A stretch of DNA of 64,000 bases from Podarcis melisellensis (taxonomy: Eukaryota). Position 1 is the first letter of the stretch. Every line of letters starts with the position of its first letter. The notes beneath the pieces were generated by a model that worked only from the letters and a program-made list of their open reading frames with translations, was not told the DNA's origin and did no database searches. A program made the translations under genes and the position numbers. The stretch lies in NCBI GenBank assembly GCA_964234715.1, contig OZ174279.1. One strand, 5' to 3'. Below are positions 1-12,452 of the stretch, piece after piece.

Positions 1-193
1 AGCAGGTGATGGGAGGTGATGGAAGATCATTCCATCAGAGAAGTAGAAATTCTTGCACTGATGGAATGATCTCCTTAGCATTCCGTTGAATACAGTCCCA
101 TACCATTTAAAAACCATACCACTGTAAGTCATAAATTACCAGCACCTACTCCCTCACTGAGCAAGGGAAAAGATGCATGAAAGATGCTCTCAC

Positions 194-380
194 CATCCTC
201 TCCGCTCCGCCAAACCCCTCCACAGTGAGTCTGTCCGGACCATTCTCTCAATCAGCTTCTTCCACAGCATGCCGTCAGATGTCACTCGGTACCATTCCTT
301 GCACACCAGCTCAACAGCACACAAAGACTTGGCATCAAGGTACGACAGGATATTCTCAGCGATGTGATCCAGGCCACGAG
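194..380 (-). CDS. BTRC: BTRC coding exon, equivalent to human exon 6; F-box, (A)[61 protein letters not shown](W)
   Basis: 187 nt, phase 1/2, acceptor ctttttcccttccag| and donor |GTGAGA. The frame joins correctly to the 4411-4642 exon (G+CT = Ala). Not listed in the ORF track; translated by hand. Confidence 0.98.
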
Positions 381-880
381 CTGGAAGGGAAAAAGTATAG
401 GCAATTAATCAGCACTGGAGAGTTCATGAGAAGCCCATCTCTGCTCAGACATTTTCACCCCCACTGTTGCTCATTCCCTTCCCTGTGATGCAGAGCTGGG
501 ATGATTGGACAGAAAATAGTCTCCTGTGAAGTTCTGAAACCAGTAGCTTCTTATGGATAAGAAACAGCAAAGCATTAAAGATAAAAGTGGAAAGCGTTAG
601 AGATGATCAAGAATCCTGGAAGCCATTTCCAATCTATTTCTATGAGTTTTAGCACTAGGGGGATGTTCAATGGAAGGCTTTTCTCACTTGATGACGCACC
701 CCCCCAAATCTTGGTATATTAGGACCATTTCTCATTTTGCTACTACAGCTGTTCTTGTATTCCACCAGCTCAGAAAGCTACTTTTTGATGCAAAGAAGAA
801 AGGAATAAAGTGCATATATGTTCCTAATACAGTATGAAGCCTGAAGGGTTACCTGTGTTCTTTCTCTCACTCATTATGTT

Positions 881-934
881 TGTGTGTGTGTGTGTGTGTG
901 TGTGCGCGCGCACACACACACACACGCACACACA
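881..934. repeat. Compound alternating purine-pyrimidine microsatellite (TG)12(CG)3(CA)n
   Basis: Read directly; self-complementary around the CGCGCG centre. Confidence 0.95.
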
Positions 935-1699
935 GAAGTGTGCACAAAAAAGAGGAAGTAATAAAGAGTTTTACTGATGCCATTAATTTTATCCGGTAAA
1001 AGACATGCAGCAAAAACAGTGAAAATTGCTAACATTTTCCAGCATTGCTGTTAGAACAGCCAGCGAGTCTCTTCACAGCTGCCATTTAAAATTAAAATAA
1101 ATAAAAAATGGCATTGACTAAAAGAGGAAAGGGGCATGACAGTAATAAGCTGGTCAATACCACATAAGCAAATATGGGGTTTAACCTTGACTGCTTGAAC
1201 TGGATGGGTTCCTCCATTAATTGAACACCTTACACTAAACCTCAGTGTGTGCAGTGGCCTCAGAAGAATAAGAGGTCTTTAAAATAAGATGATTTCACTT
1301 ATAAAGCTTCACTTGGTTGACTTCACTTGGGAGACTGTCAGGAAGACTTCTTTTTTGCCATCTGATTTTGGGCAGTCATGTAAACAGGCAATGCATTAGG
1401 GTGGGCGACAAAAAAAAAATTGCCTTTCTGTTTACAAAATTCACATGTCAAAATCTCAGCATTTATTTTTAAATCAATTTCTAAGAGGAGATCAGACACA
1501 GTCCTGGAAGCAGAAATGCAACTGTTATGCTAAAAATAGTGATCAAGAAGGCACCTGAGTAGCCATACCTGCACCCTACTCCAAAAATACCTGGAGTAGA
1601 CGGAGGTTGTCTGAAATGTAGACCCAAAGTTTTACTAGACAAAAGTAGAAAGTAACTTGCTACAGTTCTTGAAACTAATGACAGGATGACAGAAATGGT

Positions 1700-1750
1700 C
1701 TGTCTGGGGCAACCCAGTCAGATGAGTGGGGTATTAATTAATTATTATTA
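1700..1750 (+). mobile_element. 3' tip of lacertid L2-like LINE
   Basis: ctggggcaacccagtcagatgagtggggtatt plus (ATT)n tail; same terminal motif as the copies at 9268-9390 and 31265-31598. Confidence 0.6.
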
Positions 1751-1831
1751 TTGAGGGGAGACTGGATATGCCACTTACAGAACCTAAGAGGTCCAATTAT
1801 CACTTACAAAAAGGGGGTGGTGGTGGTGAAG

Positions 1832-1902
1832 CTTTTAATGTTTGGCAGACTAATGTATTTTAATATTTTTTTGGAAGCCGCCCAGAGTAGCTGGGGAAAT
1901 AA

Positions 1903-1953
<51 letters not shown>

Positions 1954-1968
1954 CAACAACTACTACTA
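1832..1968 (+). mobile_element. L2-like 3' fragment ending in an expanded (AAT)n(AAC)n(TAC)n microsatellite
   Basis: ttggaagccgcccagagtagctgggga matches the L2-like 3' end, followed by a long AAT tract. Confidence 0.6.
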
Positions 1969-1984
1969 CAGGACTAGAAAGTTT

Positions 1985-2155
1985 TAGGAACAGTGGGAGT
2001 TGCCATATACATCACTGGGTCAATCTAATTCAGTATTGTCTACAACTCACAGTGGAGGGGTTCAGAGAAGAATCTTACCTGGGAGATGCCAGGAACTGAA
2101 CTTGGCATCTTTTTGTATGCAACCCATGTGCTCTATCACTGAGCTACAATCCTTC
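1985..2155 (-). mobile_element. Old squamate tRNA-derived SINE remnant
   Basis: ggagatgccaggaactgaac...atgtgctctatcactgagctac is a reverse-complement tRNA-like head. Related degenerate copies at about 8210-8330 and 11780-11980. Confidence 0.5.
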
Positions 2156-3878
2156 TGCCATGCGTTGGAAAGTACTGGATACTTAAGGCTTATATTATAA
2201 TTGAACCAAGAACTTAGAGGTGCTCCCACTTTTCATATATGCTAGTTCCTATCATAGAGCTAGCACAGAGAAGACCTAAAAAATACATGCACATAGACCA
2301 AAGTGCTCTTGTGGGATCTTGAGGGAGAGACTCTCGCTCTCAAACTGGAGAGATGCTTCTGTCTAAAGTCATGAGCGATCATCAATGGGAATTGTGGGTA
2401 AACCATGATTTCTTGTGGCATCTAGTGAATATGAGCTACTGGGTTTTTTGAGTGGGTAGATTAATGTTCAATTTGCAAGGCTACTTTAGTTGCTTGATCA
2501 AATCCACCCCCACCCCCAGTTTCACTTGGGAAAGAGTCAAGCATGCCAGATTAGCATAGCAGGCAACTTTTCTCTCCAAATAAAAAGCTACCAAACATCC
2601 AGAGAGAGATCAAATGCTTCATTTCCTCCTCTTGTTACAGCTGCCCCAAAGACTGAGCTTCATTTGTCAACAACAGAGGCTGAGCGTAGGAAGCCATGAA
2701 TGCATTTTGGGATGGCTGGGGTCACATGTCTTACATTTAAGCAGACGATGCAGAGTGAGATGCCTATCAGATGATTCTGATCAGGATTTACAGAGGACAT
2801 GCTGTACCAAAACTTTGCTGCTGACAAGCAGAAGACCTGATAATGAGCTTCTCATGTATCAAAGTAGTTTTTCCTCCCTCCATATTCTCAGGACAAATTC
2901 ATAAAAAGTAATTTTATAAAGAAATGTGATTTCTAAGAGACAACTCTTTCAACCCCGACACTCCTAGATGTGGGGGCAGAGTTTTCCTAAAATGAAAAAT
3001 AAACCAAGCAGCATAATTCCACTTGACAGACAAGACAAACTTAAGCAAGTAAAAGAAATACTCAACAGACCAAACAAAACTTTGCTGTTACCACCTTTTC
3101 CAAAGGAGTGGGGTGCTGTCCCTTATTTCTGCTACATCTCGAATGCAGCACAATGTTAGGAGAGAATCTGCTCCTTTTTCAGCTCTGAGTTTGGAGCTGG
3201 GGAGGGGCAGAAAGTAAGCTTCTGCTTGCCCCCAGGTCACTGTTAGGACAGAAGTTTGGTTTCCAGTGTGTTCCTTGGGTGCTAAAAGCTCAGAGCACAT
3301 TCAGGCACAGAGACAAGCTGATAGGCCTCCACCTTCCCACTTCATCTCACAGCTGAAGGCAGAAGCATCCTGACTTGATCGGCCTCTGTGTACAACAGTG
3401 GCTCCAAGTTTGGAACACCCCTTGGGCGCAGAGATAAGCCCATAAGCTTCTGCCTCCAATATCCACCTCCAACCTGAAAATGGGAGGTGAAGGCACATCA
3501 GTTTGCTTCTCCATGTTAGTCACAAGTTTGGGCTCACCACAGCCCAATGTTCCATTTGCCACAGTGAGGCAGTGATAGATACAGATTATTTCTCCAACAC
3601 CAAAAGCTATTGAAGAATATACTTAAGTATAAGCTGTGATGTTAAGGCTTTAGATTTCCATCATTCACTAAATTGGGCAAAATTCCAGGCAAAAAAGAAG
3701 AAATGTCAAAACTTTACCTATGAGCATATGTGGCAGGTACAGTGTGACTGCAGAACATGACAACCACCACCTTCTATAGAGCATCTTTCTTTTACACCAC
3801 AATTTAGGGTGGGAAGAATCTCTTCTAGATGTCAAGGAGGACTTCTGTTTTACTTTCCTCACCCAGGAGCTTCTGGAC

Positions 3879-4065
3879 CAGGGGTTGTCAACCTGGTCCC
3901 TACTGCCCACTAATGGGCATTTCAGGATTCTAGGAGGGCGGTAGGGGGTTCTAGGGCACAAGCTGAATCCTTCTTTCATTGAGCACTGGTGGGCAGTAAG
4001 GAAATTTTACCATCAAGAAAGATGAATTAGTGGGTGGTAGGTATAAAAAAGGTTGACTACCCCTG
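3879..4065. mobile_element. Non-autonomous hAT (Charlie-like) MITE
   Basis: TIRs CAGGGGTTGTCAACC / GGTTGACTACCCCTG; 8-bp TSD ttctggac / ttctagac with 1 mismatch. Confidence 0.85.
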
Positions 4066-4410
4066 TTCTAGACTGAACTGAACATGTTTCATAGGAAATA
4101 ATATGCTGTATAGAAATGACATGAACTTGATGACCCCTGCCCCAAGACCATGCTAATTTCTATGATCCAAATCCTGTTAACTGTTGTGTGCCCCCAAGTA
4201 AATGAAAGGCAACTAACAAAACATAACAAGTGCACCTGGGGGGGGGGGGGGGAACCATGAGCGCATACATTTTACGATAGGTGACATATCCTCAAATGGC
4301 AACTCCTTTCTAGGACTCCGGGACAGAACACCCTATGAGAAGTCAAGGTCTTTTTACATGTTTTTGAAGCCTGCAAAGTCTGTGTGTTGGCCAATAGCTT
4401 TTCAGACTAC

Positions 4411-4642
4411 CTGGTAGTGCCGTGATGAAGTCTCTCTGTAACATAGGTTTGAGGTATGAGTTGATGTGCCCGTGCTGATAATGACACATCTGGGAGATGA
4501 GATGTTCCACAAATTCCACTTGGTCGGACTCTGACCACTGCTCAAAATACTTGATGCAGAGCTCCTTCTCCTTTTCATAGCTTGCAGATAGCTTCCTTTG
4601 CTTTGGCACAATCATGCTTGAAGTGCCATTGGCAAGTTTTGT
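4411..4642 (-). CDS. BTRC: BTRC coding exon, equivalent to human exon 5; D (dimerisation) domain, [77 protein letters not shown]
   Basis: 232 nt, phase 0/1, pyrimidine tract plus ccatag| acceptor and |GTAGTC donor. Overlaps ORF 4343..4615. Near-identical to vertebrate beta-TrCP1. Confidence 0.98.
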
Positions 4643-6637
4643 CTATGGAAGAAGAGAAGAAAATGTACAACACTGAATTTTTCAAGGCAGAGAATTTGAC
4701 ATCCTTAGAAGACAATACATTACACATAAACCTACCCATGTGATGGAACAAACAAATCCACCCAGCTCCTAATTGCATGTTATATAGTCTAAACTTCTGC
4801 CAGTTTCCAGCCACTTTAGTGTACTGATACATGCCTGTCTGATGCTTCACACCTAAAACCTTTTTTAAAAGTCCATTCTGGACTGCTACTAAAATTGCGG
4901 AAAAAATATATAAGATACAAAAGGGGGGGTCCCCAATGCTGCTGTTCAGCATCATGCAGAGTATGAAACAAATATGTCTTATTCAAAGACTATGAACATA
5001 CAGAAGTGAAACTTTAAAAATAACATTTTATAAAACTATGTGCTTTGACTTTCTGGTTTTATAGTGTTAAGATACTCACCATGAAACTGGCTCCTCAAAA
5101 ACAAATTTCAGGGATAGATAAAAAGTATGAACCTCTTCTATGATAGTTTTAAGGAGGAGGGCCAATTCAAATGTTTTGTTGACAAATTTAACTAGATTTA
5201 AGTAACAGTATCTTGCTGCTATGGAGGACATCCTATGATGTCCCATGTTGTTCCATCACTACCAAACTAAAGGTCCTTTAGCATATGTTGTCTCAGACAT
5301 TTCCTTCCAATAGACTGAAACACATCTAGGGAGGACAAGTGTGCATGTCTTGAAGACTTCCAAGAAGTTAAGGCCATCAGAAGTTTAGATAGTGCACATT
5401 TGTTATTAGACATAATTGTAATAGTCCATTAAAGAATAGTGCAGGGACTTGCTACAGACTGTTATGCATGGTGATAAAAAGAAATAACCCAATAGTCCAA
5501 TCTTGATCTTGTAAAGGCACTGCACTGAAGAGTAAACTTATAGGACCAAACAGTTCCCTGTGCAACTGCTGGGATCTAATCTGAATTGCATTTGATCAGG
5601 CGAACCAAGTTATTGGTCTTACATGGCTGAGTGTGGAAAGAATATGATGGACACAAAGCTCAGTGTCCTTTATACATAAAGACTTGCACCCTGATAACTA
5701 GAAGCCTCACCCTTATGCCGAAATGTCAGTCTTCTGGAAATACTTCTTGTTTTTCTAATATACGGTACTATATGAAAATAAAGGATGTGGGCTGTTGTTT
5801 TTTTGTGGGTTTTTTGCAGATTGAGGGTTAGAATGAAAACAGATCTTACATATTTTTTCATATACCACTAGGATCCGTATGCTACACAGACAGATTCTAC
5901 ACCATGCAGAACAATCATACCTATGATTGATTGCTAATGCTCCTTCAGCAATTGACCGACAAGCAAAATATTTGGTTGGCAAACCAAGAAACATCATAAA
6001 CAAAATTGGATTCTCGCTCTCTATTGAGGCCTCAACAGTCTTTATGGAAATGATAAAACATAGCTCCTTGGTGTAGAAGTGCTGGGTTTCTCCATGCACA
6101 AATGTTGTTGGCGATAGCCTAGCATTAAAGCATGAAGGTTGGACTCTATTGAACACTGGCCTGGAGGGATTCTGTGGCTGTTTTCACAGCAGTTCAGTTG
6201 TTTGCAGAACGAGAAAACCAATGAAACGCTGGATTAAGATTTAGATAGTTGATAAATGGTGTATTTTATAAGCCTGACCTCATTTCATTTCCCATTTCAT
6301 TTGCTGCACAGCCAATCTTACAGCAGGCTATCTTCATCCAGCATGTTTTTAAAATCATTACCTTCTGCCTTTTTACCTACTCCCTTCTCAGAAAAAACAT
6401 TGTCTTTGAATTTTGAACACAAGTGAGCCAAATCACCAATCTGCATAAGCAGCAATGTTACAAGTCAGGATGCAAGGGTGACCTCTGAGGACCAGTCTAT
6501 ACCATCAAACATCCTGAGATGATAACCCCCAAATTCCCTGAATCTCTAAACTGTTTCCAGGCTGAAGTGCTCAACGAAATACTAATGTGCTGGGTATCTA
6601 CAATGCTGGCAACTATTTTACATAGATTTAAAACATA

Positions 6638-6856
6638 CAGTGGTACCTAAGTACTTAATTCGTTCTGGAGGTCAGCTCTTAACCTGAAACTGTTCTTAAC
6701 CTGAAGCACCACTTTAGCTAATGGGGCCTCCCGCTGCCACCGCGCCGCCGGAGCAAGATTTCTGTTCTTATCCTGAAGCAAAGTTCTTAACCTGAAGCAC
6801 TATTTCTGGGTTAGCGGAGTCTGTAACATGAAGCATATGTAACCCGAGGTACCACT
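6638..6856 (+). mobile_element. Tc1/mariner (pogo/Tigger-like) MITE
   Basis: TA|CAGTGGTACCT...GAGGTACCACT|TA termini; internal sequence nearly the same as 17182-17406. Confidence 0.88.
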
Positions 6857-8749
6857 TATAAAAAGGTATAGTTATAAAACTATACACGAGGTATAGTTAT
6901 AAAAATAGAGATAGCTCAAATGAAGTTATCCCAACATCTTTCATTATTGACCATGGTGGCTGGGGATGATGGGATTTATAATTCAACAACATCTGATGGA
7001 TACTATGTTGGCTACCCCAGCCTTAAATGACTGGAAATCATAGGAATCCAGCATGTTTCAGATGATATATTTCCTTCCCATGTGTAAAAGGTGGACTAAA
7101 TATGAAGACAATTTTGTTTCATCAAAACAATCTGTGGATTTCTTGTGCATTCCAGCTGAATGCACTGATATATTTTTAACCAAATAGAGAAAGGGAGTGG
7201 CTTTGACTGCCTTGAAGGTGGTGGTTGGAGCACCCTATATAATTTGTCAGAATATCAACTAGTTGCTATTCCTCCCTCTTTAGATGATATATCTTAACAG
7301 ATAGCAAATTCCTGGATTATCTAGACCCATTTTGGATTTGGATCTTGACCCAGTTTGGGAACTGAAACTGCCTTCTTCACCTGGTTTGACCACCACAGTC
7401 AGAAGACAGGGAAGTGTAACCCTTTTGATTCTCTTGGACCTCTCAGTGGTTTTCAAATACTATTTATTTAAGTAGTTATGAATAGTTTGTCCTGTCCTAG
7501 CATGTCTCCGTGATCCCAGGAAGGCCAGGTCAAAGCAGTGGCACTTACTGGAAAGGTCAGCTCTTCATGTCTAGAAGAGTGGAGTCACAACTGGTGGGGC
7601 AAGCTAGTTTGAGAGAGCACTATCAAGACGCCTATGCATGAGCACAACAGACAAGACAGAACACCACCTGTCAGGACCCTGGACAAATCACAGTGGCAGG
7701 ATGTGGCTGGAACTCACCCAAGGAGTGCTGTTTGTCTCAGCAACAACCTGAGGTCTCCTGGTGGGACTGAGCCTGTCTTTAACCCTGCTCTCCTCAAGGT
7801 GATTTCTTTTTCTAGAGGAACCACTGCCCAGTTCTGTGACTGCTGGCTCCTACTGGGCAGTGAGAGCTGCAATGGAGGTGTGCTCTCTGATGTATCGAAG
7901 GTCCTGAAGCAAAGGACACCAGCTCTTTGAGTGACGTCTCCTCCCCTCAAGTTTTCGTCTGAGCCAGAAGGAGAATTGTTTGACTTTGGCTCATAGGCTG
8001 CTGGAATGGTTTTGCATTTCTGTTGAGTTGTCTGAACTGTTTTTAGGATTTAAACAATGTTTAAGCACCTTACAATTTTGGTTGGTTGGGATAGGTGAGA
8101 AATTCACAAGCCACTTTTACTCATCCCTACCTCTTTTGCAGTGGTGGGCTCCTTCCAGAAGGCAACACTTTCTTTCCCCCAGGATAAGCAAGTAAGCCAA
8201 CAGCAGCATAGGAACACAAGCAGCTGCTTTAATACCGAGTCAGGCCATTCATGCATCTAGATCAATACTGCCCACACTGACTCCAGCAGCTGTCCAAGTT
8301 GTTTTACCACTGAGTTATGGCCCTTCTCCACAGTCCCACAGGAAATAGCAGCGCTGTTACTTCCAACATGCAGTTCCACAGAACTTGTGAATAAGCCAAA
8401 ACAGTCAGTACAGGTTCACTAGTGAAAAACCACGATATGCCTTGCATGTGTAAGGATTATAACAGAGTGGCAATATTTGAGCCTTGTTAACTAATTCTTT
8501 TGAGTATATCTTTCCTTCACTCATAGACCCCCCATTTTCTGTCCCGGCGCTTCTCTTGCTCCTCCTCCCTCACTCCAATGTGCAGTTTCCTTCTATGACT
8601 TCAAATCAAACTCACCAATTGAATTGTAGCATACTCTGCTGCACAGTACTGAGAATGAGGTGATGGAAGGAAATAATAATTATATGGGAGGGAATGTATG
8701 TGTGAGTATGCATGCCGGAGGGGGGCAGTCTGGAACTGAAAATATCCCA

Positions 8750-8815
8750 TTTGGTTCCAGGCTGTTCAGTTTGTGGCTTTGGGCAAGTCATTTCAACCCT
8801 CTCTGACTTAGTTTA
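8750..8815 (+). mobile_element. MIR/CORE-like SINE remnant
   Basis: gtggctttgggcaagtcatttcaaccctctctgacttagttt resembles the CORE-SINE motif. Confidence 0.4.
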
Positions 8816-9267
8816 TGGAAGGTGCTATGTAATTTCTAGGCAGTATAACCCTTTATGACTACAAAAAACATCCCTACTCCTATACATATAAACTTCATTG
8901 CATGTCCTTTAATCTCCACAAAGCTGTAAAAGCACAGCTCCCCTCCCCCCCCGTTCTAAAGCATTCAATTAAAATATTTTGAAGCATCTGTCGAAGTCTA
9001 GTAAAACAGCAAAAACCTAGAATCAAGTAGTGATTTCTTAGAAACCCACTGATGACTAGCAATCTCAAAATCCTAAAAAAAACTATTCTGTATTCCGCAA
9101 GGAGAAAATAACTCCAGCAATATTGGGCATACCGAACACCTGCATCCTCACTAAAAAAAGAAGAGGGAAGCTTGATTGTCAAGTCCAAACTATATGTGCT
9201 ACTGGCAAATTCATGATTGTAAAAGCAGGTCTGCCCATTTACCTGGAAAATGAGATGATGTTCCCGT

Positions 9268-9390
9268 TTAGGGAAATTTTAAATGTTTGATCATGTTTTT
9301 AATATTCTGTTGGGAGCCACCCAGAGTGACTGGGGAAACCCAACCAAATGAGTGGGGTATAAATAAATAAATCATCATTATCATCATCAT
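9268..9390 (+). mobile_element. L2-like LINE 3' end with (ATC)n tail
   Basis: Shares gttgggagccacccagagtgactggggaaaccca...gggtataaata with 31265-31598. Confidence 0.7.
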
Positions 9391-10494
9391 CTAGCTGTTT
9401 GAAAGAGCAGAGGTAGGAATGCTGGCCCCTTCCCCACCTATATTTCATTCCACAATTTTCCAAAGCTGTGACAACTAGTGATGGGGAGTAAATAATACAC
9501 AGTTGCTCTAAGTTATGCTTGAGGGGAGGAGTCCCTATGTCCTTACCAATGGATGTCAGATGACAGCCATGGAGGTTTTACTACTCTCTGCCTCCTGCTG
9601 GTGGCTGGCCCTGCCATTCTCCCACATGGGCCGTCCCAGGATGTAAACACGGCTATTAGAAAACGTATGGAAAGAAGAACTGCAGAAGGAAGAGAAGTGG
9701 GGATGGGAAGGGGGCTTCAGGACATTCTGTCTGTGTAATCCATATGGACTTCCCTTCACTTTTCAATAGACACATCTCCAGAACCTCCAAAAAACTGGTT
9801 TCTCTAACCTAGCCCAAGTGCTTACCTCTTTCCGCTTCAATTTCTGATGTGAGAAAAACTACTAGGACTATGAGCAGCATCTTGCCATGGTCATATATTC
9901 TTCTTAGAATTTAACTCAACAAAATGCAGCTTTGCTTTATTTGAGTGTCTCAGTGGTGTCTTCTGGAGATCAATTGAACAGTCCTGAACACAAGGGCATT
10001 CTATTGATCTCAACGAGGGCACACAATGTTTCTGCTGAGCTGTCTATTACAAGATCCTTTAGGTAAAACAGTTACTGTGGTGGTCGTACAGTATGTACAA
10101 TGAAGCAAAGGCTAAGATAAAGAAGGATAACCCAATATGCTGAAACTTTTGAGGAAGGAATATGTTCTAATGTCCTGTTGTATCACCAAACTAAAATGGA
10201 CTTGCCTATTGATAAAAATCACAATGATTTTCTGTCCCAGTATCATAAGCATTAAAGATGCAATCCTTGGTCAAGGTCCAGAGAAGGGTGTGTTTCTCCC
10301 ACTCTGATACAATGGTTCTTTCCTCAGAAAAGCTGTGACCCATATTAAAAGCTGCTTTTTGAACTCAGAAAACCTTCAAACACCATTTGCAACGCAGCCT
10401 GGGTAGTGAAAAGTATGAATTGAAACTTTGTTGGATGTGCAGAAGCATTTCCACGAGCTAAACAGGTTTACCCAATTGTTGCCAACAGCTGTAA

Positions 10495-10589
10495 AAAGGT
10501 AAAGGTAAAGGACCCTTGACAGTTAAGTCCAGTCACAGATGACTCTGGAGTTGTGGTGCTCATCTCGCTTTTACAGGCCAAGGGAGCCG
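10495..10589 (-). mobile_element. Sauria SINE 3' fragment
   Basis: Begins with (AAAGGT)n, the reverse complement of the ACCTTT tail; body matches the reverse complement of the 3' parts of the copies at 14930 and 36186. Confidence 0.85.
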
Positions 10590-10830
10590 CACATGCGCTG
10601 TACATAGCTGTGGGAACCCTCCGTCACCGCTACAGCCGCATGTAGAGGATCCTCCATTCATGGCTGTAGCGGTAACGGAGGGATCCCAGCACCGTCCGTA
10701 TGGCGCTGGGGTACCGCCGGTGGCAAATTGCTATGTACCGTGCATGTAGCAATGCCGCACATGCGCCCTACGTAGCAATGCCCCACCCCCGGTGTCACGA
10801 CACCTTCGTTCACCCCTGACTACATCCACA
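10590..10830. mobile_element. GC/CpG-rich palindromic non-autonomous DNA-transposon-like fragment
   Basis: Nested inverted repeats (10611-10638 / 10661-10688 and 10591-10608 / 10730-10747); CpG-rich relative to the flanks. Confidence 0.5.
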
Positions 10831-10833
10831 CCA

Positions 10834-10835
10834 TA

Positions 10836-10905
<70 letters not shown>

Positions 10906-10910
10906 AACAA
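10834..10910. repeat. (AAT)n/(AAAT)n microsatellite
   Basis: Read directly. Confidence 0.95.
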
Positions 10911-12452
10911 CAAACCCACACTATCCTCACTGGGCAAGCACAAAATTAATAGGAAAAAACTGTGGTCAGTCAACTTGGTGCCCTCTAGATGTTGTTGGCG
11001 TACAACTCCCATCAGTCCCAGCCAGCATGGCTAATGGTCAGGGATGACCATTATAGCAACAAGGGAAGCAAGGCACATTGGGTCATGAACTCTTGAACTC
11101 TAACCCCAGAGTCAATAGTGCCATCTATAAGAATCCAACCTGTGATACAACATGATAGGGCGAGGGAAAGAGAGAGAAAGCTTTTTCACAGCAAGGAAAT
11201 TCTGTGTAATCACTATTCTGTTGGAGCTTTCAAGTGGGCACAGATAATGAAATATTAACATATTTCAAAGAAACTTGCTAGGGCTCTATGCAATATAAAA
11301 AGGTTGTTAAACACAAGGACATGTATACATTTGCCAACAGCATAGAGCTTCGGAGCCTGGGAAATAACCTGTTCCCATATTGCACAACTGTCTATAGGTT
11401 TCCCCTGAGAGGTTTTTTTGTACTGGAGAATGATTTACTTCTGGCCACCGGGGGAGGCTATGGAGAAGGAACTTTTTTATATGTACTTCTTTATATGTAG
11501 TCCATTTAACTAGTCACATCTGAGTATACTGAGGGACTCTAGTCTACACTTCCCTTGTATTTGGTCTCTCTCACGGAGCACTATGATTTGGTAAGATTCA
11601 GTTGCTGACATTGTTGACTAGCACAGCTTATCGTGCAGACGAAGAACACCTTTTCTAGGTCTCTCTCAGCAAGGCAACCAAATAGTAACATGTATTAGTG
11701 TGTGTCCTAAAAACAAACGTTCATCACACAGTTCAGCTTTGCATGCCTGGGAGAGTACGGATTTGCTACAGAATATATGATGCTGCCTTATAGCAGGTTG
11801 AACCATATGTCCAAGTAGTCCAGTACAGTCTACTCTGACTGGCAATGGATCTCCCATGTCTCAGATGGAGGTCTTTCCCATCATCTTTTCCCTGATTCTT
11901 CCAAGTGGAGATGCCAAGAATTGAGCATAGGACCTGCCATATGCACAGCATATGCTGTAGCACTGAACAATGGCCCCTTCACCCACCTTCCCGTTCCATA
12001 CTATTTGCTTGCACTCATCTTTTGTCTTCCATTTTCCACCCTGCTCTGTAGCCATAGTGTTCAACTAGGCAAGGTCAAGCTTGTTTGCATGGATGCAGTT
12101 GACTTTTGCTGCCAGCACATACGGAAGATCAGCAGAAGGCCTGGGACTCAGGTGTTGTAAGGCTCTTACACAATGTCAGGGCAGGACGGCTATCTATGCA
12201 AATGCTAAGTGTTATTACCATCATCACCACCACAGGGAAGCCGACTGCAGCACCCAGTGCTAGCTTTGAGACCCAATTAAGATTTGGCAGTATTCGTCCC
12301 TCAATGTCAGCATCAGGGTCGAACAGATTAATCCAACCCTCCCCTGCACTCCTCATCTATAGCTGCCTCTGTTCTTTACTGGTAAACATGCTGATCTTTA
12401 CAGAGCCACCTTAACAGAATTTTTGGTTGGGCCCAAGTGAAGAGAATTGGGG

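Noticed and set aside
173-488. Plus-strand ORFs 173..367 and 177..488
   Set aside because: Antisense shadows of BTRC exon 194-380; no recognisable product.
4238-4252. G15 run as a functional G-quadruplex
   Set aside because: Simple homopolymer, common in these genomes; it is C-rich on the transcribed strand and nothing else supports function.
4343-4615. 90-aa ORF as a stand-alone small gene
   Set aside because: It is BTRC exon 5 plus intronic read-through; splice sites define the true exon.
7634-8070. Overlapping ORFs with coding-like composition and a GTGAGT donor near 7714
   Set aside because: No similarity to BTRC or any recognisable family; stops occur in frames starting from the candidate acceptor.
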